Assembly: GCA_964448685.1 (NCBI GenBank)
Contig: CAYUWR010000038.1
Location: 23,297 to 87,296 of the forward strand
Direction of reading: 5' to 3'
Source of the DNA: an uncultured Nitrososphaeria archaeon
Lineage (GTDB): Archaea > Thermoproteota > Nitrososphaeria > JACIWG01
Length of the DNA: 64,000 nucleotides
Part shown: positions 1 to 9,717 of the stretch, one piece after another
Numbering within the stretch: the stretch's first letter is position 1
Layout: every line of letters begins with the position of its first letter
Translations under genes and position numbers: made by a program
Notes under the pieces: model-generated
Database searches by the model: none
Told to the model about the DNA's origin: nothing
The model's input: the letters and a program-made list of their open reading frames with translations, nothing else

Positions 1-1
1 C

Positions 2-523
2 ATAGGAATCTTGATTGAATACCTTCGGAGAAAGCATGCGATCCACAGTTTTCTTTATGTGGACATCGACGCCCACCACGGTGATGGAGTATTCTACGAA
101 TTCTTGAATGACAGAGATGTCTGGGTTGTCGACGTACACGAAGACCCTCGCACACTATATCCTGGAACGGGAAGAGAGGATGAGAGGGGAGCGGGTGACG
201 CTTTAGGCTCAAAGATCAATATCGTTCTGCCGCCAGGCTCTGACGACAGCGTCTTCTACAGGAAGTTTGAGGGAGCAAAGAAGTTTATTTGCGATGTCTC
301 CCCCGACTTCATAATGCTACAATGTGGCGGGGACTCTCTTAAGGGGGATCCGATAACCCACCTTAACCTTTCACCGCAGGTACACGGTGAAGTGGCTGCT
401 CTGCTCAAGAAATTGGCTCTGGAAAAGAAATGTTATGGCCCTTTGGCTTTGGGTGGAGGAGGCTACAATAACATTGCAACCTCGCAGGCCTGGATCAGAG
501 TCATCAGCGCCTTTCTCCAGTGA
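2..523 (+). CDS. Histone deacetylase/AcuC-family Zn-dependent deacetylase, C-terminal part (5' end outside window)
   Basis: LYVDIDAHHGDGV, YPGTG, CGGDSLKGDP and LGGGGY motifs of the HDAC/AcuC family; frame is open to the window edge. Confidence 0.9.
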   Translation: MGILIEYLRRKHAIHSFLYVDIDAHHGDGVFYEFLNDRDVWVVDVHEDPRTLYPGTGREDERGAGDALGSKINIVLPPGSDDSVFYRKFEGAKKFICDVSPDFIMLQCGGDSLKGDPITHLNLSPQVHGEVAALLKKLALEKKCYGPLALGGGGYNNIATSQAWIRVISAFLQ

Positions 524-965
524 CGTCCTAGAGTACAAGAGACAGAATTGTCAACAATATCGCGTAGACTATGATGTTCCAGATCGCCTGTCCCGTTGTG
601 GGCTGACGTTGTCTGCCAGTTCGTCGGCGACCGCCTCGCCTATCTCAGTGCTTTCACCCAGTTTATGAAAAAATGCTGTCAGAGGCCTGCTTCCCTCTCA
701 CTTTCGCACATGAAGTATATAGTGTAGGATTTCACAGTGGCCTATGTCAGCATATCCCTTATGGGTGTAGTAGTCACATGGCACAATATCATATCCAACA
801 CAAGGGTCCTATATTCAACTCAGAGGCTGTGAATATTTTAGGGTAGTTGTCTGTTGCCGCATTCTGCAGGCAAAGTCGTAGATGAAGCGAAACATGGTAT
901 CTTGGACGTCTCTTCTCATGTTAGACAAGAAAAATTTATTTCCGCAGTCGTCATCCAAGAATGGC

Positions 966-1451
966 ATGCTGGAGCTAAAGGTAGTGAAGTTGGATGTACC
1001 AGAAGGCGTGAACGTCATCGTCGGAGCAACACATTTCATAAAGTCGGTTGAAGACCTCTTCGAAGCTGTCGCAAACAGCGTTCCAAATGCCAAATTCGCT
1101 GTCGCATTCTGTGAGGCGTCAGGCAAGAGGCTGGTGAGAAGTGAAGGCAACGATGATGAGCTGCTGGCCATAGCCCAGAAGAATGCACTTAGCCTCTCTT
1201 GTGGCCACACATTCGTCGTCTACTTGAAGAACGCGTTTCCCGTTAACGTACTTGAAAAGATAAAGAACGTGTATGAAGTATGTAGTGTGTTTGCTGCGAC
1301 AGCTAACCCTCTTCAGGTGATCGTCGCGGAGACGGAACAGGGCAGAGGCGTCTTAGGCGTCGTCGACGGCTTCACATCCCTTGGCATCGAATCCGTTGAA
1401 GACGTAAAAGAGAGGAAAGAGTTTCTGAGGAAGATAGGCTACAAGCTTTAG
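966..1451 (+). CDS. Adenosine-specific kinase family protein (DUF355-like)
   Basis: [46 protein letters not shown] and GVVDGF match the family as recalled. ATG at 966 is preferred over the track start at 882. Confidence 0.75.
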   Translation: MLELKVVKLDVPEGVNVIVGATHFIKSVEDLFEAVANSVPNAKFAVAFCEASGKRLVRSEGNDDELLAIAQKNALSLSCGHTFVVYLKNAFPVNVLEKIKNVYEVCSVFAATANPLQVIVAETEQGRGVLGVVDGFTSLGIESVEDVKERKEFLRKIGYKL

Positions 1452-2497
1452 GGCTTGGCTCGCTTCAACCAGTAGACAACCTTTCTGGCTTCTTCGATGT
1501 TCCTCCTGAGATACAGTGGGTTGATCTCCTGAAGGATCGCATTGGATAGGCTGGCGCTGGAAGGAGCAAGGTTCTTTCTTCTCTTTTCCAGTTCATCCAA
1601 GATCTTCGGCTTAAATTGGGATATGTTTTCTGTCGAACATACGATCCGATACAATTCTAGCGTTGAATCAGTAAACCACCTTGTAGATATTATGTGTGCA
1701 TTCAAGGGCATCCTTTGCTCCACCGCATAATCACACTTGCGATCGAGTTCCCTCATTCTTACATGAGAGAGTTGACCTGATATTGTATGTGCGGCCGTGG
1801 ACTGAAGTATCCTGGCGCCATAGAAGTCTGCCATCTTCTGGAACGTTTCCAGCGTGGAAAATATTCTCCTGTGAGAAGTTGTTGTCACATGCTCTAGACC
1901 TAGAAAGTTTGCGACATGGACAAAGTAGTTGCCTTCTTTGAATACTGGATTTTCTTTGGCCTGCTGCATCAGATGAGAGGGAGATGTGAGCGTCTTTTCG
2001 AGGAGGTTGAGTGAGACAGCCACATCGTATCCTATGCACAGGATCCAGAACGCTGAAGAGGTGTAGGCTTCAAGGCCGTAGGCTTCTTCTGCGTAGGTAA
2101 GGCTGTTCAACAGCCTTAGCACTCGATCTTCATATGCTTCAGAAAAGATCTTTCCCCCTTTTTCTGTTACCTGCTTCTTGTACGCGCTAAGCGACATGTC
2201 AGGGTCATTGATTATGAATCCTTTAGACAGCAAGGTCTGAAGCTCATAGCCTTTTGGGTCATCGAGTTCGCTTAGAGAATGAAAGTAGATGTTGACTGTG
2301 TCGTCGCCGTGGATTTTAGGCTGATAGCCACTCATTCTGTTAGTGAATACTATTATGTCATATCCGCAGATAGGCCACGACCACTTGGAAGTTCTGCATC
2401 CTACAAGGATTGACGGATTGTCTCCAAATTCTCCTACCAGGAACTTTTTGACCTCTTCAACTTTGTTCTGCACAATTGATGGTTGGGCTGCGTCCAA
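1448..2497 (-). CDS. Conserved hypothetical protein, possible degenerate nucleotidyltransferase-fold N-terminus
   Basis: 349-aa ORF with TTG start, divergent from tfb; N-terminal ILVGCR...CGYDIIVF followed by a helical C-terminus. Confidence 0.6.
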   Translation of the reverse strand: MDAAQPSIVQNKVEEVKKFLVGEFGDNPSILVGCRTSKWSWPICGYDIIVFTNRMSGYQPKIHGDDTVNIYFHSLSELDDPKGYELQTLLSKGFIINDPDMSLSAYKKQVTEKGGKIFSEAYEDRVLRLLNSLTYAEEAYGLEAYTSSAFWILCIGYDVAVSLNLLEKTLTSPSHLMQQAKENPVFKEGNYFVHVANFLGLEHVTTTSHRRIFSTLETFQKMADFYGARILQSTAAHTISGQLSHVRMRELDRKCDYAVEQRMPLNAHIISTRWFTDSTLELYRIVCSTENISQFKPKILDELEKRRKNLAPSSASLSNAILQEINPLYLRRNIEEARKVVYWLKRAKP

Positions 2498-2525
2498 AAA
2501 AAAGGTTTACCTAACAGCAAGATTA

Positions 2526-2539
2526 GAAAAGCTTAAATA
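2526..2539 (+). promoter_or_regulatory. Candidate BRE-TATA promoter for tfb
   Basis: Purine-rich gaaaagc followed by ttaaata, about 50 nt upstream of the TFB start. Confidence 0.45.
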
Positions 2540-2585
2540 CAGAATATTTTAATCTGTTGTTGTATATAAATTTTGGTGATAGTTT

Positions 2586-3539
2586 TTGAGTGAAGACAAG
2601 CCTACCGGAGGCAACTTGACCTATCTGACAGAGAAATGTCCAAGATGTGGTCGTACCAAACTCATACTTGACAACGCTAGGGGAGAGATCTTCTGCAGCC
2701 ACTGCGGTTTCGTGATAAAAGAGAAACTTGAGGAAGCTGGTCCAGAGTGGCGTGCCTTCTCCAAGGAGGAGAAGGAGAGCCGCAGTAGAACGGGGGTGCC
2801 GTCCTCGCTGGCCATGCACGATATGGGGTTATCAACCATAATCAGCCAAGTAGACAAGGATGCTTCAGGAAAGAGCATTTCATCTGCGATGAAGACGACA
2901 TTCGACAGGTTGAGGACTTGGGATGGCAGGAGCCAGGTCCATGAGCCTGTTGACCGCAACCTTAGACAGGCGTTTAGCGAACTCGATAGACTCGCTGACA
3001 AGCTTAGTGTCGGTGATGCTGTAGTAGAGAGGGCAGCATACATCTACAGACAGGCTCTTGAGAAGGGGCTTGTGAGGGGTCGTTCGATCTCCGCACTTAT
3101 TGCCGCCTCATTATATGCAGCGTGTCGGGAGACAGAGACTCCACGTACCTTAAAAGATGTCAGTGCCGCAAGCAATATCAAGAAGAAGGATATTGCAAGA
3201 TGCTATCGTCTCCTCGTTAGGGAACTGGAAAAGAAGATGCCTGTCGCTGATCCTCTCAAGACGGTTTCTAGGATCGCTAGTGCAGCTGGGCTATCTGAGA
3301 AGACGAAGAGAAGAGCGCTTGATATAATTACGAGGACGAAGCAGAGTCTGTCTTCTGCTGGCAAGGATCCGATGGGTCTCGCTGCCGCAGCCCTTTATGT
3401 CTCATGCGTCCTAGAGGGTGAGAACAAGACCCAGAAGGATGTGGCTGAAGCAGCAGGAGTAACGGAAGTTACGATAAGGAACCGATACAAAGGGCTGAGA
3501 AATGTTCTCACGCCTGAGGAACTGAAGGTAGTGGAATAG
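2586..3539 (+). CDS. tfb: Transcription initiation factor IIB (TFB)
   Basis: Zn ribbon CPRC...CSHCG, B-reader GPEWRAF, cyclin repeats, C-terminal TQKDVAEAAGVTEVTIRNRYK. Confidence 0.97.
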   Translation: MSEDKPTGGNLTYLTEKCPRCGRTKLILDNARGEIFCSHCGFVIKEKLEEAGPEWRAFSKEEKESRSRTGVPSSLAMHDMGLSTIISQVDKDASGKSISSAMKTTFDRLRTWDGRSQVHEPVDRNLRQAFSELDRLADKLSVGDAVVERAAYIYRQALEKGLVRGRSISALIAASLYAACRETETPRTLKDVSAASNIKKKDIARCYRLLVRELEKKMPVADPLKTVSRIASAAGLSEKTKRRALDIITRTKQSLSSAGKDPMGLAAAALYVSCVLEGENKTQKDVAEAAGVTEVTIRNRYKGLRNVLTPEELKVVE

Positions 3540-3673
3540 GAGCGCGATAACGTAAAGTTGAACGTAAGCATGTGCCTAGGTTTTAGTTTAGACTTCAAAC
3601 ATGCGGGAATATTCCATTTTTTGCTCCTATACAGTGGGCCTGTGACTTTATTGCTTTAACATTTCTCCGTTGG

Positions 3674-4186
3674 CTACTTCTGGGATACCGCCTTTGCCCA
3701 GCCATACTTTCTGAAGTCAGGGATCATCTTCTCCAAGAATGGGATCGCCTCTTCGGTCTCCTCTCTGTTCATGAACTGGAATTGGTATTCGCCATCATAT
3801 GGCTCAGGGTCTCCCACACGGAGTATGAACTCGATGTGCATGAATGGGTCTCTCTCCCTTATTGTTATCGGAGATCTCTCGTTTGAGAGGTTGACTACTT
3901 CTAGAGCCAGTCTTCCGACGAAACCGCTGTGCACCTTGGCGGCGTTAAGGAAAGAGAGTCCAAGCCTTCCAAATCGGCTCTTTGCGGTCAAGTGTGCGAC
4001 CACGTGGGTGGGCAACATTACTATCTCATTTGATATGAGGTTCTTATGCTCTAGATAGTTCAATGTGACGTTGTCTCTTACCGTCAGTATGTATCCGTCT
4101 CCGTCCAGTAGCTTCTCGTCGAAAGGATGTATCATCCTATATTCCTTCTGAAGCTTCAATATCTCGCTCTTTCCAAGTATGCTCAT
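3674..4186 (-). CDS. dcd: dCTP deaminase (trimeric dUTPase superfamily)
   Basis: AKSRFGRLGL, VHSGFVGRLALEVVN and YDGEYQFQ resemble Dcd motifs. Confidence 0.7.
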   Translation of the reverse strand: MSILGKSEILKLQKEYRMIHPFDEKLLDGDGYILTVRDNVTLNYLEHKNLISNEIVMLPTHVVAHLTAKSRFGRLGLSFLNAAKVHSGFVGRLALEVVNLSNERSPITIRERDPFMHIEFILRVGDPEPYDGEYQFQFMNREETEEAIPFLEKMIPDFRKYGWAKAVSQK

Positions 4187-4225
4187 GCTATATCCCCACG
4201 GAGACAGAGGAAGATAAAATATAAA

Positions 4226-5224
4226 CTATTTTCCATTCTTCCCCTTTCTCTTCGAAACTAATGTTGCCACATAATAGATGATGAGTGTGGCTCCTAAGGC
4301 TTCTATTATCAGATCGCTGAAGAACGAAATATTCATGTTGAAGACCTGTTCTTCGAAGATATACAATGCGTTTGTGTAGTAGTTGAAGGCCCAATGAACT
4401 AGAATCGCCGCCCCTAAACCATAGTAGGCGTAGGCGTAACCTAACATTATTCCTGCGACCATCGCTTCTGTGAACTTGCCGATCTCCCATGTGGAGCCTG
4501 GTGTAATGTGAGCGAGGCCGAATAGCGCGGCTGAAACCACTATCAATGGGAGAAATAGGCCTGTTATCCTCTCTTCCCTCACAGGGGTGTGGAGACCATT
4601 CTTCAAGGTCGCAACCGGAGAAATGAGATAGTCTATGATCGATATTCTAGTCTTCCATCCTCGGACGACGATCAGCGAGAAGAACCCTATTATCGACAGC
4701 CTAAAGCCGATCTCTTCCGCGATAGGTGCGTGTGTTATTATCGCAAGAAGCTTGGCGGAATTCATTTCTGGCAGGGATCCGGAGGGAATCCCAATGCTGC
4801 CCTGTAACGTGTCGATGATGAGAACGAGTACGGCGGCAACGGCGAATATCGCTATCGTAGCTGATAGTCTATTCTCTGGCAGTTCTTCAAGTCTTCGCGT
4901 TAACCCACCTTTTAAGGCTTGAGGCAGGGTTCTCTTTCCAGAGAATACGTAGACTGTGAAGATCGAGAGGTAAACCACCCATTCTGCCATGAACTGCTGC
5001 TGCATACTGGCAGTAAATGGAAACGACACTAGGAATCCGATTATGAACACATAATACTCTTGAGTCTCATTTTCGATGCTTCTTCCGTCTTCAGTGTTGA
5101 AGATGATGTATGGTCCTAGAACGAAGGATAGTGCCATCGCTGCAGCAAGGCATACCACTAAGATCGAGACCACTATGCCCAAAAGTCTCCTCGCCATCTC
5201 TTGTCGCTTATGTGAAGTCTCCAA
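4226..5224 (-). CDS. CPBP/Abi (CAAX-protease-like) intramembrane metalloprotease
   Basis: APIAEEIGFR, LFGLAH and HWAFN motifs with multiple hydrophobic helices; alternative ATG at 5197. Confidence 0.85.
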   Translation of the reverse strand: METSHKRQEMARRLLGIVVSILVVCLAAAMALSFVLGPYIIFNTEDGRSIENETQEYYVFIIGFLVSFPFTASMQQQFMAEWVVYLSIFTVYVFSGKRTLPQALKGGLTRRLEELPENRLSATIAIFAVAAVLVLIIDTLQGSIGIPSGSLPEMNSAKLLAIITHAPIAEEIGFRLSIIGFFSLIVVRGWKTRISIIDYLISPVATLKNGLHTPVREERITGLFLPLIVVSAALFGLAHITPGSTWEIGKFTEAMVAGIMLGYAYAYYGLGAAILVHWAFNYYTNALYIFEEQVFNMNISFFSDLIIEALGATLIIYYVATLVSKRKGKNGK

Positions 5225-5343
5225 CTGTATCTGTTAAGGATGTATACTTAAAGAATGTTTTGCAGACTCTCTATCACAGCATATTTTATACCCTCCTCTA
5301 TGTTTTGTCGAGGACATTGTGCCTCATACGATGGACTATGTGG

Positions 5344-5523
5344 TTATTCGTCTTTTTCTAGGCCGATTGGTCCACGGTAGCCGCAGGATGGGCATTCATA
5401 TTCTTCGGGCAGCAGCCAGCCATGTAGGCCTGAGACGCGCTTAAGCTTCCCCAAGCAGGTTGGGCAGTATTTGATCTTTCTCTTGCCGACTGGCCTTCTA
5501 CGAATCTTCGGTTGTTCGTTCAA
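5344..5523 (-). CDS. Small zinc-ribbon protein (59 aa, not in ORF track)
   Basis: Hand translation from TTG 5523: MNEQPKIRRRPVGKRKIKYCPTCLGKLKRVSGLHGWLLPEEYECPSCGYRGPIGLEKDE*. Two CxxC knuckles; starts 9 nt after the sui1 stop. Confidence 0.8.
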   Translation of the reverse strand: MNEQPKIRRRPVGKRKIKYCPTCLGKLKRVSGLHGWLLPEEYECPSCGYRGPIGLEKDE

Positions 5524-5532
5524 TCTTCTTCC

Positions 5533-5841
5533 CTATTGCACTTCAACCGAATCGTTGTTGAAGCCCAACTGAACCAGTTTGTCTTTGATGACATCCCTGT
5601 GATCGCCTTGCAGTAGGATGGCTCCATTCTTTGCAGTTCCCCCACAAGCCAATGACGTCTTCAGCTGTTGTGCGACCTTCTGTAGGTCGTTGTACTTTGG
5701 ATCTATGCCCTCTATGACGGTGGTCTGTTTTCCAAATCTTCGCACTTCCAATCTCACGGTGATTTTTGCACTTTCTTTGCTTATTTGTTCGCAGACACAA
5801 AGGTCCTTAGGTAATCCACAAACGGGACAAATATCCACCAA
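5533..5841 (-). CDS. sui1: Translation initiation factor SUI1 (aIF1)
   Basis: CPVCGLPKDLCVCE, RRFGKQTTVIEGI, LACGGTAKNG and ILLQGDHR. Confidence 0.95.
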   Translation of the reverse strand: MVDICPVCGLPKDLCVCEQISKESAKITVRLEVRRFGKQTTVIEGIDPKYNDLQKVAQQLKTSLACGGTAKNGAILLQGDHRDVIKDKLVQLGFNNDSVEVQ

Positions 5842-6000
5842 AATTTGCCTCTGGCCAGAATATCCTAAAGGCTGTATTTAAATCTTTGAGCTGAAACTCT
5901 ATTCTACCATTCGACCAAAAACTTTTGCATAGAGACTTAACTTTTGTTCACACCAAATTAATTAAGTCCGCAATCAAACCTCAGATCCAGGAAAGGTTCA

Positions 6001-6609
6001 TTGGCCTCCGACATGTATGTGGTGGCAAAGATCGCCTTAGAGGTTATTGCGTTAGCTGTCACCATGATGGCCCTCCTTGTCTCCTACAAGGGTTATTCGG
6101 GGACGAAGAGGCCTGTCTTCGCCCGTCTTTCCTTGGCTTTCGGAGGTCTCTCACTCAATTTTCTACTCCTATTTTTCGCAGACATCTTGGCTGTTTCCGG
6201 CTCCGAAGGCATTTCGCCTTACCTTAGACTGGGAGCGTCCTTTTTCGAAATGCTGGGTTTCTTCTTCTTGGCTTTCTCTCACATGGTTAAGGTCTATCAG
6301 GAGCAAAAGTTAGCCGCAGCATCTATGGTGGTTTTCAACCCGGCTGCTGCCTTCAAGGTGCTGTCTCTATACTTCATATTGTATGCGGCATTAGAAACCG
6401 TCATATCATATTCTAAGTCTAAGTCAAAGGTTGTCCTCGTCACCGCTGTGGGGTTATCGAGCTTCGCTGTACAGTCTATCCTGAGTTGGCTGTCAGAGTT
6501 CGTCAGTTACCCAATATACTATCAACTTTCCTCTCTAGTCTTCCAGATTGTGGGCGTTGCCGCCTTTTCTATTCCGATATGGATATATCATAGAGGTGCT
6601 GACTCATAG
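6001..6609 (+). CDS. Polytopic membrane protein (about 6 TM, apparent duplicated 3-TM unit)
   Basis: About six hydrophobic segments; stop abuts the start of the wHTH gene. Confidence 0.7.
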   Translation: MASDMYVVAKIALEVIALAVTMMALLVSYKGYSGTKRPVFARLSLAFGGLSLNFLLLFFADILAVSGSEGISPYLRLGASFFEMLGFFFLAFSHMVKVYQEQKLAAASMVVFNPAAAFKVLSLYFILYAALETVISYSKSKSKVVLVTAVGLSSFAVQSILSWLSEFVSYPIYYQLSSLVFQIVGVAAFSIPIWIYHRGADS

Positions 6610-6891
6610 ATGATGAGCTACCGACATCAAGTCCGAATCGTCTCCGACGTCCTCTTCGCTGTAAAAGACGGGCATCAGGACGGTGTTGGTATAGCTCAGT
6701 TGATGAGGAAGGCCAACCTTTCCTATGTTAGGGCAACAAAGATCATAGCAGAGCTGGTTAACGTGGGCTTGATAGAGGAGGTGCGGATAGAGAAGTCTAC
6801 AAGGTACAAGATAACACCGGCTGGCCTCGAGTACCTTAAAGTCTATGAGCAGTTTTATGAATTCGCGAAGAGCTTCGGTCTGTCAATCTAG
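6610..6891 (+). CDS. Winged helix-turn-helix transcriptional regulator (HTH_45-like)
   Basis: YRHQVRIVSDVL, LMRKANLSY, LVNVGLIEE and YKITPAGLEYL pattern. Confidence 0.85.
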   Translation: MMSYRHQVRIVSDVLFAVKDGHQDGVGIAQLMRKANLSYVRATKIIAELVNVGLIEEVRIEKSTRYKITPAGLEYLKVYEQFYEFAKSFGLSI

Positions 6892-6926
6892 TCTTCTGAC
6901 TGTGAGATGCTCTGGTGCATATTTCC

Positions 6927-7793
6927 CTATTGAGGTGATATGACCACTAGTGTCACGAAGGGCGAGTCCTTTATGATCCCATATTCTCTCTTACTTAGGA
7001 GGCTTCTGGCGATCTTGGGTCTTGTCACAGAGACTAGGACGAGGTCTATGTTCTTCTCTTTAAAGTAGTTGATGGCGTCGCCTGGTTCTCTTATCGGTAG
7101 TACTATGGGGTTAAGCGGCCTGCCAAGCAACTTTATGTATTCACCTATATCGTGCGAGAATGTCCTCTGTGTCTGCTTGAAGTCCTTTGATTCAACCACG
7201 ATGTCAAGAGGCACTGTTGGCGGCAGCTCGACTATTTCGGCGACGCTGATCTCGGCGTCTGTTGTGGTGGCGGAGCTTGTCAGCAGTGTGGCTAGAGAGA
7301 CCGCGTCTTTGGACACTTTACTACTATATGTGGCCACGAGGATTCTTTTCGGGTTCAATGGTATCTTGAGCCCCTCCTTGGGTGACTCGACTAAGACGAT
7401 CTTCTTGTTCACCTCTCTGACGACCCTGTCCGCTACCCGCCCGAAGAATTCGAGATAGAATGCTTCTCTGTGGGCGGACATGACAACGCAGTCGTATTCC
7501 ATTTTGTTTGCTTCCTCTATTATGCAGGATGCAACTGCTTTATGAGAAAACTTTCCATCCAAGGTCTTCTCTTTAACTTCATACTTTAACCTTAGTCTTG
7601 CGGCGAAGTCGTGTATCTCATCGAGGAGGGTGGGCTGCTGCCTCTCATCGGGGGCCTTCACGTGGAAGACTGTTATCGGGCTTCCCGAACATTCTGAAAT
7701 GTAGAAGGCGATGTAGAAGGCATTTAGTTCATAGAAGGTGTAAGATACCGGTAGTAGGATCCTTCCCTGCTCCCAACCTAGCTCCTTAGCCAC
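6927..7793 (-). CDS. Universal stress protein (tandem USP-like domains)
   Basis: RILLPVS, IIEEANKMEYDCVVMSA, FFGRVADRVVREV, second RILVAT repeat; overlaps the permease stop. Confidence 0.8.
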   Translation of the reverse strand: MAKELGWEQGRILLPVSYTFYELNAFYIAFYISECSGSPITVFHVKAPDERQQPTLLDEIHDFAARLRLKYEVKEKTLDGKFSHKAVASCIIEEANKMEYDCVVMSAHREAFYLEFFGRVADRVVREVNKKIVLVESPKEGLKIPLNPKRILVATYSSKVSKDAVSLATLLTSSATTTDAEISVAEIVELPPTVPLDIVVESKDFKQTQRTFSHDIGEYIKLLGRPLNPIVLPIREPGDAINYFKEKNIDLVLVSVTRPKIARSLLSKREYGIIKDSPFVTLVVISPQ

Positions 7794-9198
7794 TCTTCTT
7801 TCTCACCTGCTTTGAGCGGATGATGTAAAAGATGACCACGCCTACGGTGAACCATGAGAAGCCTAAAAACCTTCCTACCTCATGTGAATAGACTATCATC
7901 AACCATATGGCAAAGCAGGAGATGAAACCGATCAAGGGTAATAGAGGTACTTCGAGTCTTCTCCTGTGGAAGTTCAGCCTCAGAGTGCCAGGTACACGCC
8001 AGCCTTCTCCTCCCTCTTTCTTCCGCAGAAAGACGAGTGCGAGGTTGACGTACATGTATGAGATCAGTGCACCAAAGTTGTAGAGTGATGCGACGAGTTC
8101 TAGTAGGTCTAGACTTGACATGAATATGTTGGCGGCGATTATGGCTGCTGCAATCAAAGGAAATAGGATTATCGTAACATATGGTGTATAGAATCTCTTG
8201 TGAACTCTACTAAATGCTTGAGGTGAAAGTCCCAGTCTTCCCATAGAAAATGTGACTCTTGACACTCCTATGACTCCCGTGTTGGTGGACACATAGCAGA
8301 TCATCAGGCCCATGAAGCCAACCCACATGGAAAGCCAGCCTCCTATGTATGGTAAGGTGGAGGATAATGCCACCATCGGATCTTGTGCCCTATTTCCCAT
8401 TGTCGTAGGATCCAATAATGTAACCGATAATAGGGAGGCTATTAGCGCAACCGCAAGTACAGTGGCGATCGCGGCTTTGGTCGCGAGCGGGATTACCTTC
8501 TTTGGGTTCTTGGTTTCCTCGGCAGCCTGCGATATGGACTCGATGCCAATGAATGATGCCATGCTCAATGTTATCGCGTAGCCAAAGTTGCTCCAGCTGG
8601 GCTCCCTGCCAATATTGCTCAGCGCATTCGCCCAGGAGATGATCTTTCCTGACGCGATTAATGTGGCTACGCCAAGGGAGAGGACGACGCCGACGGTAAC
8701 CAAGTCCAGCATGACGAAGAGCTCATTGAACTTGGAGGAGTACTTTATTCCGACGATGTTGAGGACTATGAGTACGAGAATGAGGATTATGGCGCAGGCA
8801 CCATAATATGGGTTGACTAAGAGTATTCCTGTGCCGAAGATGGCCTTGGCCAGAAAGCCTAGATATCCTACAGAAGCTAGAGAGAATAGGGCGATATCCA
8901 CGGTATAGTCAAGCATTAGCCCCCATCCCGCGATGAAGCCATGTAGTCTTCCAAAAGCCTTGTAAGCATAGTATTGGGCGCCTCCTGCCACTGGATATGT
9001 GGAGGACAATTCGGCGTAGCTGAGTCCAGTTGTGATATATGTTATGGACGCGATCGCTAGGGCGATTGGTGCGGCACCGTATGCATATAATGCGATAAGC
9101 CCTAATGAGATATAGATGTCGGCTCCGACATCCGCGTATCCCATGCTGAAGGATCCAAATGTTCCAACTTCTCTCTTAAGTTCACTTTGCTGCTCCAA
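7786..9198 (-). CDS. APC-family amino acid/cation permease
   Basis: About 12 TM; YAELSSTYPVAGGAQYY, FIGIESISQAAEETKNP and SRVTFSMGR motifs. Confidence 0.9.
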   Translation of the reverse strand: MEQQSELKREVGTFGSFSMGYADVGADIYISLGLIALYAYGAAPIALAIASITYITTGLSYAELSSTYPVAGGAQYYAYKAFGRLHGFIAGWGLMLDYTVDIALFSLASVGYLGFLAKAIFGTGILLVNPYYGACAIILILVLIVLNIVGIKYSSKFNELFVMLDLVTVGVVLSLGVATLIASGKIISWANALSNIGREPSWSNFGYAITLSMASFIGIESISQAAEETKNPKKVIPLATKAAIATVLAVALIASLLSVTLLDPTTMGNRAQDPMVALSSTLPYIGGWLSMWVGFMGLMICYVSTNTGVIGVSRVTFSMGRLGLSPQAFSRVHKRFYTPYVTIILFPLIAAAIIAANIFMSSLDLLELVASLYNFGALISYMYVNLALVFLRKKEGGEGWRVPGTLRLNFHRRRLEVPLLPLIGFISCFAIWLMIVYSHEVGRFLGFSWFTVGVVIFYIIRSKQVRKKSG

Positions 9199-9325
9199 AT
9201 CAATTCACTTTGTCACCTGCAATGGGCAATGTAGGCGGCCTATTTCGCCTATCCCGTTGCCCTGCCTAGACAGGGGACTTGGTCGTATTCTATAAAAAGC
9301 TTATTCTTGTCCATGCTTTGGAAAG

Positions 9326-9622
9326 TTAGTCTTCTCCGTTGACGACTTCTGTTATCTGGTCGGCCAGATAATGGTTTCTCAGGACCGCTTTCGCAGACTT
9401 TACACCTTCTAGGTTGAGAACTGCCTTCCTGATATCTTGGCCTATCTTTATCGCGAACATTGGCGGACAATAGGGCATAGATAGATGGTATTCAATTGTG
9501 ACATTTCCATCGTCTATAGCTATCTTGTCGACGAGCTTCATCTCGGTAATGGGAACTCCGATCTCAGGATCATACACCTTCTCAAGTAACTTCTCTATCT
9601 TGCTCCTTAAAATGTCTTGCAT
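9326..9622 (-). CDS. Metal-sulfur cluster assembly factor (DUF59/SufT-like)
   Basis: VYDPEIGVPITEMKLV and LSMPYCPP motifs; ATG at 9622 preferred. Confidence 0.85.
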   Translation of the reverse strand: MQDILRSKIEKLLEKVYDPEIGVPITEMKLVDKIAIDDGNVTIEYHLSMPYCPPMFAIKIGQDIRKAVLNLEGVKSAKAVLRNHYLADQITEVVNGED

Positions 9623-9717
9623 ACCATATGTCAAGTGGGGCGGATATAAAAGCTGTTAAAGGTCAATTGCGCAAACACAGCGAAAATCCTTCTTTTTCTT
9701 ATCCTAAGGCTACGAGA

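Noticed and set aside
528-644. Minus-strand frame ending in a TM-like segment (GQAIWNIIVYAILLTILSLVL*)
   Set aside because: No upstream start codon and bounded by TGA. Joining it to neighbouring frames needs several assumed frameshifts, so at best it is an unprovable gene remnant.
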